From an uncultured Pelagibacteraceae bacterium (lineage in GTDB: Bacteria > Pseudomonadota > Alphaproteobacteria > Pelagibacterales > Pelagibacteraceae), in contig CACBRD010000001.1 in the NCBI GenBank assembly GCA_902541515.1, positions 22,608 through 86,607 on the forward strand: a stretch of 64,000 nt of DNA, in the 5' to 3' direction. Below the pieces are notes generated by a model. The model was not told where the DNA came from. It did not search any database and saw only the letters and a list, made by a program, of their open reading frames with translations. Shown one piece after another: positions 20,231 through 29,562 of the stretch (position 1 is the stretch's first letter; the number at the start of each line of letters is the position of its first letter). A program made the position numbers and the translations under genes.

Positions 20231-22045
20231 ATGATTAAAGGTAATTTTATAGACAATTTACCTAAGGTTTATGGAATCTATACAGGTGGTTTTTTAGCTT
20301 TCATAATCATTATGTCAATTGCCGAGCAGATGGGTATGACTGCGAAAACAATCGGAATTTGTTTCGTTGCTTTCACAGTAGCCATTTATGCTATAATTGG
20401 TTATCTATCACGTACAGCTCAAGCTGATGCTTATTACGTAGCTGGAAGACAAGTACCAACTGTATTCAACGGAATGGCAACTGCAGCAGACTGGATGTCT
20501 GGTGCATCATTCGTTGCAATGGCAGGAGGTATTTACTTCAAAGGTTACGGATATATGGCACTACTTGTAGGTTGGACTGGTGGATATGTATTAGTTGCAT
20601 CTTTATTAGCACCTTACTTAAGAAAATTTGGTTGTTACACAGTTCCAGATTTTATTGGTACAAGATATGGTGGTAATTTAAGTAGATTCATGGCGGTAGT
20701 AGTTTTAACTGTCGCATCATTTACTTATGTGACTGCACAAATTAACGCTACAGGCACTATTGCATCTGTTGCACTTGATATTCCATTCCAATACGCAGTT
20801 TATGTTGGATTAGTAAGTATCTTACTATGTTCAATGTTAGGTGGTATGAGAGGAGTAACTTGGACACAGGTTGCGCAATATATTGTACTAATCATAGCTT
20901 ACTTATTACCAGTATTCTGGATCAGTAACAAAATGGGTGCGGGTTTCTTCCCACACTTTATGTTAGCTGATGAAGTATCAAGAATTGCTGAATTAGAAGC
21001 TCAGTTTGGTTTTGTGAAAAACTCTGCTGAAAATCTAAAAGAGGTGCCAAAAGGTTTGGCTGGTATAACTAAAGCTCACTCAGCGGTGAATGCAACGCCT
21101 TGGGCGTTTATTTCATTAGCACTAGCGATGATGATGGGAACAGCTTCATTGCCTCACGTGATGATGAGATATTTCACTACTCCAAGTGTAAAAGCAGCTA
21201 GAAAATCAGTAGGTTGGTCTTTATTCTTTATCTTCCTACTTTATTCTTCTGCTCCAATGTTAGCGACACTATCTAAGTTGTCATTGATTGATCCAGCATT
21301 ACCAACAGGTATTATTGGTAAATCAATTACAGAAGTCCAAGCGATAGATTGGTATCAAAACTGGAACCAAGCAAACTTAATGTTTGTAAGCGACTTTAAC
21401 GGTAATGGAACTCTTGAATTAAATGAGTTTTTCATGGGTGGTAAAGCCGTTGTGTTAGCAACTCCGGAAATAGCTGGATTACCATACGTAATCTCAGGTC
21501 TAGTTGCTGCTGGAGGTATGGCTGCTGCCATGTCAACAGCTGATGGTTTGATTCTAGCAATTGCAAACGCAATCTCACACGATGTTTATTATAAAATCAT
21601 CGATCCAAAAGCTGAGACTGCTAAGAGACTAGTTGTTGCAAGGGTACTACTTGTGGTAATTGGTTTTGCTGGAGCAACTATTGCGGCTCTTGAGATTCAA
21701 GGTATCTTAGGTTCAGTCATCTGGGCTTTTGACTTTGCGATGTCAGGATTATTCTTCCCACTTGTACTCGGTGTATGGTGGAAGAGAGCTAACAAAGAAG
21801 GTGCTATAGCTGGTATGTTCTTAGGATTAGTTTCTGGTGCTGCTTACCTAGTTTGGGTAAGAACAGGTGGAAGTGGATTCCTAGGTATTACACAGTTAAC
21901 ATTTGGTATCTTTGGTTCAGCTGTCAGCTTAGTAGCTATGGTTGTTGTAAGTCTAATGACTTCAGCACCAAATGCTGCAACGCAGAAAATGGTTGATGAG
22001 GTTCGAATACCATCAGGTAAATCGATCCTTGGCAAACAACACTAA
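20231..22045 (+). CDS. actP: sodium:solute symporter, ActP/VC_2705-like (probable acetate/monocarboxylate permease)
   Basis: YYVAGR, NGMATAADWMS, PYLRKFG, TWTQVAQY, GTASLPH, AAMSTADG; near acs. Confidence 0.8.
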   Translation: MIKGNFIDNLPKVYGIYTGGFLAFIIIMSIAEQMGMTAKTIGICFVAFTVAIYAIIGYLSRTAQADAYYVAGRQVPTVFNGMATAADWMSGASFVAMAGGIYFKGYGYMALLVGWTGGYVLVASLLAPYLRKFGCYTVPDFIGTRYGGNLSRFMAVVVLTVASFTYVTAQINATGTIASVALDIPFQYAVYVGLVSILLCSMLGGMRGVTWTQVAQYIVLIIAYLLPVFWISNKMGAGFFPHFMLADEVSRIAELEAQFGFVKNSAENLKEVPKGLAGITKAHSAVNATPWAFISLALAMMMGTASLPHVMMRYFTTPSVKAARKSVGWSLFFIFLLYSSAPMLATLSKLSLIDPALPTGIIGKSITEVQAIDWYQNWNQANLMFVSDFNGNGTLELNEFFMGGKAVVLATPEIAGLPYVISGLVAAGGMAAAMSTADGLILAIANAISHDVYYKIIDPKAETAKRLVVARVLLVVIGFAGATIAALEIQGILGSVIWAFDFAMSGLFFPLVLGVWWKRANKEGAIAGMFLGLVSGAAYLVWVRTGGSGFLGITQLTFGIFGSAVSLVAMVVVSLMTSAPNAATQKMVDEVRIPSGKSILGKQH

Positions 22046-22056
22046 ATAATTATTTT

Positions 22057-22082
22057 AAGGGGCGATTAATTTCGCCCCTTTT
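22057..22082 (+). terminator. intrinsic terminator after the symporter
   Basis: AAGGGGCGA-ttaatt-TCGCCCCTT followed by TT. Confidence 0.8.
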
Positions 22083-22114
22083 AATTCAAGTCTTTTTCCA
22101 ATATAAATTCTTAA

Positions 22115-22471
22115 ATGTCGGCTAATTTTCACCCAATGGTGTACATCATTGATTACATACTTGGGGTAATCATGTGGACATTAATTGGTAGAGTTGCAAT
22201 GAATATTTTCCAAAAAGAAGACTCTCAATTTTTTTTCATGAAAGTATTCGTAAAATTTACCAATCCATTACTACGTATTTTTAAACCGATTACACCCGAA
22301 TTTATTATTCAACCGATAGTTCCGCTATATGTTGCTTGGTTTTTCTTTATGATAAGATTTTATTTAATGCCATGGATTTTGGGATATTCTGTCATGGGAA
22401 TGTTATCTTTTCCTTTAGAAAGTGAAATTTCTAGACAAATTTATCAATTTTTTAATTCAATTAAATTTTAA
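22115..22471 (+). CDS. YggT-like membrane protein
   Basis: Hydrophobic; FVKFTNPLLRIFKPITP resembles the YggT core. Confidence 0.55.
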   Translation: MSANFHPMVYIIDYILGVIMWTLIGRVAMNIFQKEDSQFFFMKVFVKFTNPLLRIFKPITPEFIIQPIVPLYVAWFFFMIRFYLMPWILGYSVMGMLSFPLESEISRQIYQFFNSIKF

Positions 22472-22498
22472 AAATTGGTACTAGTAATTTAGTTATCA

Positions 22499-23158
22499 AT
22501 GAAAAAAATACAAATATCACCGTCAATCTTATCTGCTGATTTTAGTCAATTAGGAAACGAAATAAAACGTTTGGAAGACGCTGGGGCCGATATGATTCAT
22601 GTAGATGTGATGGATGGGCATTTTGTTCCAAATTTAACCATCGGACCCCCAGTTATAAAAGCATTAAAAAAACAATCATCAATGATATTTGATGTCCATT
22701 TAATGATTTCTCCAGTACATAAATATATCGATGCATATTCTGATGCAGGTGCAGATATTATTACTATTCATCCAGAAGCTACAGAGGATCTAAGATCATC
22801 TATTTCAAAGATAAAACAATTAAATAAAAAGGTCGGAGTATCTTTAAATCCTGAAACTAGAGTTGATGTAATTAGAGAACACTTGAACGAAATTGACTTA
22901 GTTTTAATAATGAGTGTTAACCCAGGTTTTGGTGGTCAAAAATTTATGCCAGAAGTTTTAGTAAAAATTAAAGAGCTAAAGGAAATACAGAAAACTCAAA
23001 ATCTCAATTTTGATATTGAAATTGATGGAGGTATCAATTTTGACAATTCAAAAGAGGCAATAGAAGCAGGAGCAAATATACTCGTTTCTGGAACAACAAT
23101 TTTTAAAAGTAATAATGGAGATATAAAAAAGAATATTGAATTATTAAAATCAAAATAA
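22499..23158 (+). CDS. rpe: ribulose-phosphate 3-epimerase
   Basis: SPSILSADF, HVDVMDGHFVPN, MSVNPGFGGQ, IDGGI. Confidence 0.95.
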   Translation: MKKIQISPSILSADFSQLGNEIKRLEDAGADMIHVDVMDGHFVPNLTIGPPVIKALKKQSSMIFDVHLMISPVHKYIDAYSDAGADIITIHPEATEDLRSSISKIKQLNKKVGVSLNPETRVDVIREHLNEIDLVLIMSVNPGFGGQKFMPEVLVKIKELKEIQKTQNLNFDIEIDGGINFDNSKEAIEAGANILVSGTTIFKSNNGDIKKNIELLKSK

Positions 23159-23162
23159 TTTC

Positions 23163-24770
23163 ATGGTTTACATAAATCAGTTTTTTTTTAATATTTTCGA
23201 TAAAATAAGAGAATTATATTTAAATTCTAGTCTGTACGATAAAAAAATTTCAAGAACTTATTATCAAAATTTGATTTATAAGCCTAGTCCTCATTTACTT
23301 TCATCCTTAATTAAATATCAAAAAAAAAAATTTAGGATTGAAGATTTTGCATTAAATGAAATTTGGGATAATAAAGAAATAACCAAAAAAAACTTTAGAA
23401 AACTTAATAATTTTTATTGGCTTTTTAGTTTAGATCTTAAGTCTTCAAAAAAAAATACCCAATCAGTTATAAAAAACTGGATGACTTTAAATCATAAATA
23501 CAATGCAAAAAGTTGGAATTTCGATTTAACTGCAAAAAGAATTATTGCTTGGTTATCTAGTCATAATCTCACTTATGAAGATGGTAATGGACAATATAAA
23601 ATTGATTTCAACACTATGGTACAAAAACAAACAAATCACCTCATAAATGAAATTAATAAATCAAAATTTGTTGAAGATAAATTGATAGGTTGTGCATCTA
23701 TTATATTAGTTGGCCTTTGTTATCAGGATGAAAAAAAGTATTTGCCATATGGTTTAAATTTACTAAAAAAAATATCTAAAATTAATCTTGATAACTCTGG
23801 TTTTCCTAAATCAAGGAGTATTAAACAATTAATATTTTATTTAAAATATTATATTTTAATCAGAGAGTGGTTTAAAGAATCTCAAATTAATATTCCAGAA
23901 CATATAAATGAAACAATCTACTATCTTGGACAAGGTTATGCTTTTGTTTGGCAAAATCTAAAAAGTGATATTCTTTATAACGGTAATAACATCTCAGATA
24001 ATATCAATTTTGATAATTATCTTCAAAGACTAGGTTATAAATTCAAAAATGATAATCAAGATTATGGTGGATATATAATTTTGAGAAATAAAAAGATGTG
24101 TCTCACTATGGATGCTGGTCCTTCACCAAATTCATTTTTTTCTAAAGATTATCAATCTGGAGCTTTGTCTTTTGAAATAATTTCTAATGGAAAAAAATTA
24201 ATTAGCAATTGTGGCTATCATAGTGAAAGAAATATAAAACTAAATCATTTATCAAGATCAACTGCCGCTCAGAATACCTTAGTAATCGATGATAATTCTT
24301 CCTGCAAATTTACAAACAGCGATAAATCTTTTTTTGTTACCAGGGGTTTAAAAATTACAAAAAGAGAGACTATTTTTGAAAAAAACTATTGGAAAATAAA
24401 TGCTTCTCATGATGGATACCAAAAAAAATATAATACTATTCATGAAAGAAATATAGAATTTTATCCTGGAGAAGAAACTTTCGTTGGTTGTGATAAAATT
24501 CTAAAAAAGATTAATAAAAATTATAAATTTGATATTCGATTTCATGTAGAACCTGACGTAAAATTAATGAAAACTCAGGATGGTAAATCAATATTAATTG
24601 AATTGGAGGATGAGGGTTGGAAATTTACTTGTGATAATTATGATATAAATATTGATAATGGGTTATATTTCGGTAATAAAAATTCATATATTGATAATCA
24701 AAATATATTTATTTCTGGAATTTCAAATAACCAGACCGAAGATATTAAATGGCAAATAAAAAAAATATAG
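23163..24770 (+). CDS. heparinase II/III-family protein
   Basis: GALSFE, LISNCG, RSTAAQNTL, ASHDGY, HER, FDIRFH; sits next to purH as in other alphaproteobacteria. Confidence 0.75.
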   Translation: MVYINQFFFNIFDKIRELYLNSSLYDKKISRTYYQNLIYKPSPHLLSSLIKYQKKKFRIEDFALNEIWDNKEITKKNFRKLNNFYWLFSLDLKSSKKNTQSVIKNWMTLNHKYNAKSWNFDLTAKRIIAWLSSHNLTYEDGNGQYKIDFNTMVQKQTNHLINEINKSKFVEDKLIGCASIILVGLCYQDEKKYLPYGLNLLKKISKINLDNSGFPKSRSIKQLIFYLKYYILIREWFKESQINIPEHINETIYYLGQGYAFVWQNLKSDILYNGNNISDNINFDNYLQRLGYKFKNDNQDYGGYIILRNKKMCLTMDAGPSPNSFFSKDYQSGALSFEIISNGKKLISNCGYHSERNIKLNHLSRSTAAQNTLVIDDNSSCKFTNSDKSFFVTRGLKITKRETIFEKNYWKINASHDGYQKKYNTIHERNIEFYPGEETFVGCDKILKKINKNYKFDIRFHVEPDVKLMKTQDGKSILIELEDEGWKFTCDNYDINIDNGLYFGNKNSYIDNQNIFISGISNNQTEDIKWQIKKI

Positions 24771-26305
24771 TAAGAAGAATAAAATCAGCTGTAATATCTG
24801 TTTCAGATAAATCAAACTTAAAACCATTATTAAAAACTTTAAACAGGTATAATGTTAAACTGATTAGTTCAGGGGGTACATTTAAGGCAATTAGAAAATT
24901 AGGCTATCGATGCCTTGAAGTTTCTGATTATACTGGTTTTAATGAAATTCTTGATGGACGTGTTAAAACACTACATCCAAAAATTCATGCGGGAATCTTA
25001 AATAAAAGAAACAATAATTCCCACAAAAGAGAAATAAAAAAAAATAATTTTCAAAATATTGATTTAGTTATAGTCAACTTTTATCCATTTGAAAAAACTT
25101 TAAATACAACAAAAAATCATAATAAAATAATTGAAAAAATTGATATTGGTGGTCCTGCCTTAGTTAGGAGTGCTGCAAAAAATTACAATGACGTTGCAGT
25201 AATAACATCCACCAATCAATATTCAGCATTGATTGATCAGTTAAAAAGATTTAAGGGTGCAACAAAATTAGAATTTAGAAAAAAATTATCTCAATCAGCC
25301 TTTAATGAAACAGCGTATTATGACTCCGTAATTTCAGATTACTTCAATTCAGTCACAAGTGAAAATTTTACAGAAAAAAAAATTATTTACGGAAACTTAA
25401 TCGAGAGATTAAGATATGGAGAAAATCCACACCAAATATCTGCTATTTACACTAAAAATAAAGATTTCAAATTAAGAAAAATTCATGGAAAACAATTAAG
25501 CTATAACAATTACAATGATATTTTTGCTGCTTTAACGATATCCAAAAGTCTACCAAAAAATATAGGCACTGTAATTATCAAACATGCTAACCCTTGTGGA
25601 GTTTCTATTTTAAAGGATAGACTAAGCAGTTATAAATCTGCATTTGAATGTGATCCTGTGAGCGCATTTGGAGGTATTGTCTCTTGTAATTTTAAGATTA
25701 ATAAAGACTTGGCTGTTGAGTTAAACAAAACTTTTTTAGAAGTAATTATTGCTAATGGTTTTGAAACAAGCGCTCTTAAATTATTAAAATCTAAAAAGAA
25801 TGTTAGAATTATAGATTCAACAAACTTTAATTTTGATGATGTTCTTCAAATTAACTCTGTATCAAACTCAATGTTGATTCAATCTCAAGATGACCTTGTT
25901 TTTAAAAAAAAAGATTTCAAAGTTGTTTCAAAAAAAAAACCAAACAAAATACAATTTGAAAATTTATTATTTGCATTCAATATTTCACGTCATGTTAAAT
26001 CCAACGCTATTGTCCTCGTTGGGGATAAAACAACAGTTGGTATCGGATCCGGACAACCTAGTAGGCTTGATAGCTGTCAAATTGCAATAAATAAAATGAG
26101 AAAGTTTAAAAAAAATGAAAAAGAAATCGTTGCCGCATCTGATGCTTTTTTTCCATTTGTTGATGGTATTGAAAAATTAATTCAATCGGGTGTTTCTGCT
26201 GTAATCCAACCCGAAGGATCAATTAGAGATAAAGAGATTATAAAATTTGCAGATAAAACTAAAACTATTTTAATTTTTTCTAAAACAAGACATTTTAGAC
26301 ATTAA
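24749..26305 (+). CDS. purH: AICAR transformylase/IMP cyclohydrolase
   Basis: ISVSDK, GRVKTLHP, IDIGGP, LRYGENPHQ, KHANPCG, ASDAFFPF, RHFRH. Confidence 0.95.
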   Translation: MANKKNIVRRIKSAVISVSDKSNLKPLLKTLNRYNVKLISSGGTFKAIRKLGYRCLEVSDYTGFNEILDGRVKTLHPKIHAGILNKRNNNSHKREIKKNNFQNIDLVIVNFYPFEKTLNTTKNHNKIIEKIDIGGPALVRSAAKNYNDVAVITSTNQYSALIDQLKRFKGATKLEFRKKLSQSAFNETAYYDSVISDYFNSVTSENFTEKKIIYGNLIERLRYGENPHQISAIYTKNKDFKLRKIHGKQLSYNNYNDIFAALTISKSLPKNIGTVIIKHANPCGVSILKDRLSSYKSAFECDPVSAFGGIVSCNFKINKDLAVELNKTFLEVIIANGFETSALKLLKSKKNVRIIDSTNFNFDDVLQINSVSNSMLIQSQDDLVFKKKDFKVVSKKKPNKIQFENLLFAFNISRHVKSNAIVLVGDKTTVGIGSGQPSRLDSCQIAINKMRKFKKNEKEIVAASDAFFPFVDGIEKLIQSGVSAVIQPEGSIRDKEIIKFADKTKTILIFSKTRHFRH

Positions 26306-26637
26306 ATCTTATCTATTTTTGAAGCTAAGATAAAATCGTTTTCAGATAATCCCTCAATTGCATGGGTTGAGATGTTTATTTTCGCATAACCCCATCCAAA
26401 TAAAATTTCAGGGTGATGACCTTCCTTTTCAGATATTCTACCTACTTCATTTACAAATTTTTGACTCTCAACAAAGTTTTTAAATGTAAATTTTTTTTCT
26501 AAAAAATGTATATTTTTCTCATTTTTAATAACATCCCATCCATCAATTTTTTTTTGATATTTGTGTATTTCACTTAAATCAAGTGCTGGCACACCCCCTT
26601 CACAAGGGACACATTTTTTTTCGAATAGTTCACTCAT
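26302..26637 (-). CDS. phhB: pterin-4-alpha-carbinolamine dehydratase
   Basis: CVPCEGG, EGHHPEI, THAIEGLSENDFILASKID. Confidence 0.9.
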   Translation of the reverse strand: MSELFEKKCVPCEGGVPALDLSEIHKYQKKIDGWDVIKNEKNIHFLEKKFTFKNFVESQKFVNEVGRISEKEGHHPEILFGWGYAKINISTHAIEGLSENDFILASKIDKI

Positions 26638-26687
26638 TTTATTAACATCCTTATCTAATTAAATTTTTTATTATATTATTTAAAAAA

Positions 26688-26762
26688 TGGAGCGGGCAAA
26701 GGGGATCGAACCCTCGACCTTCTCGTTGGCAACGAGACGCTCTACCACTGAGCTACGCCCGC
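26688..26762 (-). tRNA. tRNA-Gly(GCC)
   Basis: GCGGGCGTAGCTCAGTGGTAGAGCGTCTCGTTGCCAACGAGAAGGTCGAGGGTTCGATCCCCTTTGCCCGCTCCA; cloverleaf, anticodon GCC, encoded CCA. Confidence 0.97.
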
Positions 26763-26912
26763 TTATATATAATTTTAAAACTAGTAGCTTTCTTAAAATT
26801 AAGCAAGTGATTAATATCTATGATTATAGTTGAGCTTTAATCTAAACATGTTCCAATTTTGGTTGATATTATAAGTTTTACTATTTTTTTTTTTCTACTA
26901 AAAAATAACTTA

Positions 26913-27749
26913 ATGAGATTAAATAAAGCTTATAAAAATTCAAATATCATTTTAGTTATTTTTATCATTTTTCTTTTAATACAAGCATTCGACCAAAGTT
27001 TTGGTTGGGGAATGAATAAAATATATCCAAAAATTTACTTTACTACATTTGGTACAAAACTTGAGGGGTGGAGCGTGTTCATCTGGTTTGAAAATGGTTT
27101 AGTTGAAACACTTCAAATTATTATTCTATTGATAGCAATTTTGACGCTTTTAAATTTATACCTATCCAAAAAAAAATTTTTTAAAGCAGGTTTAATAAAA
27201 AGTTTCATAATAATTGAGATAATTGGATTATCTTATTTTTTCTTTGAAGAAATAAGTTGGGGACAACATCTTTTTAAATTTGATACGCTAAAAATTTTTT
27301 TAGACAAAGATAATTTTTTTTTTAATCATCAAGGGGAAATGAACCTACATAACACTTCTAGAATTTTTAATGAATTTCCCAGAATATTTGTGATGATATG
27401 GTGCTCACTATCTATTATTATTTTAAGATCTTCAAAATTTATAAATTCAAAAGAGTTAACAACAATTATAATGCCAAATGTAAAACTTATTTTTATAAGC
27501 TTCTTGCTTCTTATATTTATTCTCCCAGATTTAATATTTACAAAATTAGGAATGATTGATTTCTCGAAATTACATATAACTGAGAATGGTGTTTTTAAAG
27601 GGTTTGATATTGGCACTATTTTAAGTATAATTTTCTCTTTCAATTTTTTTAGATTATCAGAATTACAGGAATTACTTTTTGCATATTATTTTATGTGGCA
27701 CTCATTATTTTTAAGAGGATTATATTTTAGTAAAAAATATTATAATTAG
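26913..27749 (+). CDS. multi-pass membrane hypothetical protein
   Basis: Several TM segments; ENGLVE, EEISWGQ, GEMNLHN and ELQELL motifs; ATG at 26913 preferred. Confidence 0.7.
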   Translation: MRLNKAYKNSNIILVIFIIFLLIQAFDQSFGWGMNKIYPKIYFTTFGTKLEGWSVFIWFENGLVETLQIIILLIAILTLLNLYLSKKKFFKAGLIKSFIIIEIIGLSYFFFEEISWGQHLFKFDTLKIFLDKDNFFFNHQGEMNLHNTSRIFNEFPRIFVMIWCSLSIIILRSSKFINSKELTTIIMPNVKLIFISFLLLIFILPDLIFTKLGMIDFSKLHITENGVFKGFDIGTILSIIFSFNFFRLSELQELLFAYYFMWHSLFLRGLYFSKKYYN

Positions 27750-27813
27750 AAAATTTATTATAATGTGTCAATTTATTTACTTTAAGAAATAAGATTTGTG
27801 ATACATTCTTAAA

Positions 27814-28458
27814 ATGAAAAAAATTGATTTACCTAAAATATTACCAGTTTTCCCATTAAGTAATTTTATTATTTTTCCAAGGACTGTTGTACCACTAAAT
27901 ATATTTGAACCAAGATACATTGATATGATTAATGATAGCATGAAGTCAAACAAGCTGATAGGAATCATTCAACCAAAAAATTCAAATGAAAATCAGATTA
28001 TTCCAGAGTTATATGATATTGGTTGTATGGGAAAAATTACCAGTTTTAAAGAAAGTGATGATGGTCTATTTTTAATAGAACTTAAGGGTATTATTAGGTT
28101 CCAAAAAGTAGATGAAATAAAATCAAATAAAAAATACAGAGAATTTAATGTAGATTTTAATAGTTTTTATGATGATTTGAATCCTCAAAGTGAAAATATC
28201 CAATTCTCTGATTTAAACTTAATCTTCAAAGACTTAAAAAATCTTTTTGAAAAAAGAGGATTTATTATTAATTGGAAAGGATTAGAGAAACAAAGTTTAG
28301 ATGAAACAATAAACGCTCTAGCGATGGCATCTCCTTTTACACTAGAAGAAAAACAAATCTTATTAGAAGCCAAAAATTTAGAGCTTAGAAAAACTAAAAT
28401 TTCAGAAATCTTAACCACATATTCTTTTGATAATTATAATAATACAACTGTTCAATAA
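27814..28458 (+). CDS. Lon peptidase N-terminal (substrate-binding) domain protein
   Basis: LPVFPL, PLNIFEPRY, IGCMGKI, EEKQILLEA. Confidence 0.85.
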   Translation: MKKIDLPKILPVFPLSNFIIFPRTVVPLNIFEPRYIDMINDSMKSNKLIGIIQPKNSNENQIIPELYDIGCMGKITSFKESDDGLFLIELKGIIRFQKVDEIKSNKKYREFNVDFNSFYDDLNPQSENIQFSDLNLIFKDLKNLFEKRGFIINWKGLEKQSLDETINALAMASPFTLEEKQILLEAKNLELRKTKISEILTTYSFDNYNNTTVQ

Positions 28459-28460
28459 AA

Positions 28461-29531
28461 CTAAATTTCAAAACCTCTATTCGCTATATTTTTAAAAGAT
28501 CTATTTAGGAATTTATTTCTTCCTATAAATCTCACTGATTTGCTAAGGATATTATTATTCATCTTGCTTTCAAAATTAAAAAATTCGTATACAAAATCAA
28601 TTCCACTAGAGAAAAGATAGTTTTTATGTTTAGTCATATTTTGAAATTCTTCACAAATTGAATTATCTATCTCTAATCCATTCTTTAACTTAAGTTCAAT
28701 TAAATTACCCAAATCTCGAATATCTCTTAAAGTCATATTGAAACCCTGGCCAGCCAAAGGATGAAGGCGATGTAATACATCACCAAAAGCCAGAATATTT
28801 TTATAATAATAAGTTCTCAAATTCGAAGCTTTTAACTCAAAAAAGTTGCAAATACCAAAATTTGTAATTGAATATTTGGTATTATATTTTTTAATTAATT
28901 CTTTAAAATTAATATTTTTTTTACCTTTAATCGAATAAACAATAGAGGTTTCTATTTCTGATAATGGTAAAAATGCCAAAGGTCCATTTTTTGTGAATAT
29001 TTGAGACGCTGTATTATTCTGAATTTTTTTGTGTTTTAAAATTGTTGTGTACGCAAGACTATTGTATTTTTTTTTCAAACTTCTTGCAAAAAACTTCTTT
29101 GAGAAATAGTTATCATTTTCACAATTGATTATTAACTTATATTTTTTCAAATTTGAAAGATTATAATCAAAATTTTGTTTAAATTTACATAACTTATCCT
29201 TTTTTAAATTTTTAAGTAATTTACTTTGTAATTGATAATTTTTAATTATAGCAAAAACAGTTTTATTATTATTTTCAAAATTTAAAATTTTTTCATTTCT
29301 TAGATTTTCTGAGTAAATTTCAATTTTTTTTATATCCCAAAATAATTTTTTAATATCTAATATTTCTTTATTAAAATACATCAGATTATCATTAGATATA
29401 CCAAGGGTTCGACTCCTATTTAAATCTGATTTTTTTTTATTTAAAAAAATATCAATAGATAATCCTTTTTTAGTCAAAGATTTTGCTAAACTTAATCCAG
29501 TTAATCCACCACCTAAAATACAAAGTTTCAT
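28461..29531 (-). CDS. FAD-dependent monooxygenase, UbiH/UbiL/COQ6 family
   Basis: GGGLTG, GPLAFLP, GDVLHRLHPLAGQGFNM; divergent from ftsK. Confidence 0.8.
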   Translation of the reverse strand: MKLCILGGGLTGLSLAKSLTKKGLSIDIFLNKKKSDLNRSRTLGISNDNLMYFNKEILDIKKLFWDIKKIEIYSENLRNEKILNFENNNKTVFAIIKNYQLQSKLLKNLKKDKLCKFKQNFDYNLSNLKKYKLIINCENDNYFSKKFFARSLKKKYNSLAYTTILKHKKIQNNTASQIFTKNGPLAFLPLSEIETSIVYSIKGKKNINFKELIKKYNTKYSITNFGICNFFELKASNLRTYYYKNILAFGDVLHRLHPLAGQGFNMTLRDIRDLGNLIELKLKNGLEIDNSICEEFQNMTKHKNYLFSSGIDFVYEFFNFESKMNNNILSKSVRFIGRNKFLNRSFKNIANRGFEI

Positions 29532-29562
29532 ATTAATTTTTAATTTTAACAATAAAAATTAG

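Noticed and set aside
26638-26912. Possible integrative element at tRNA-Gly
   Set aside because: No integrase and no duplicated tRNA 3' end seen; the accessory gene lies on the tRNA 5' side
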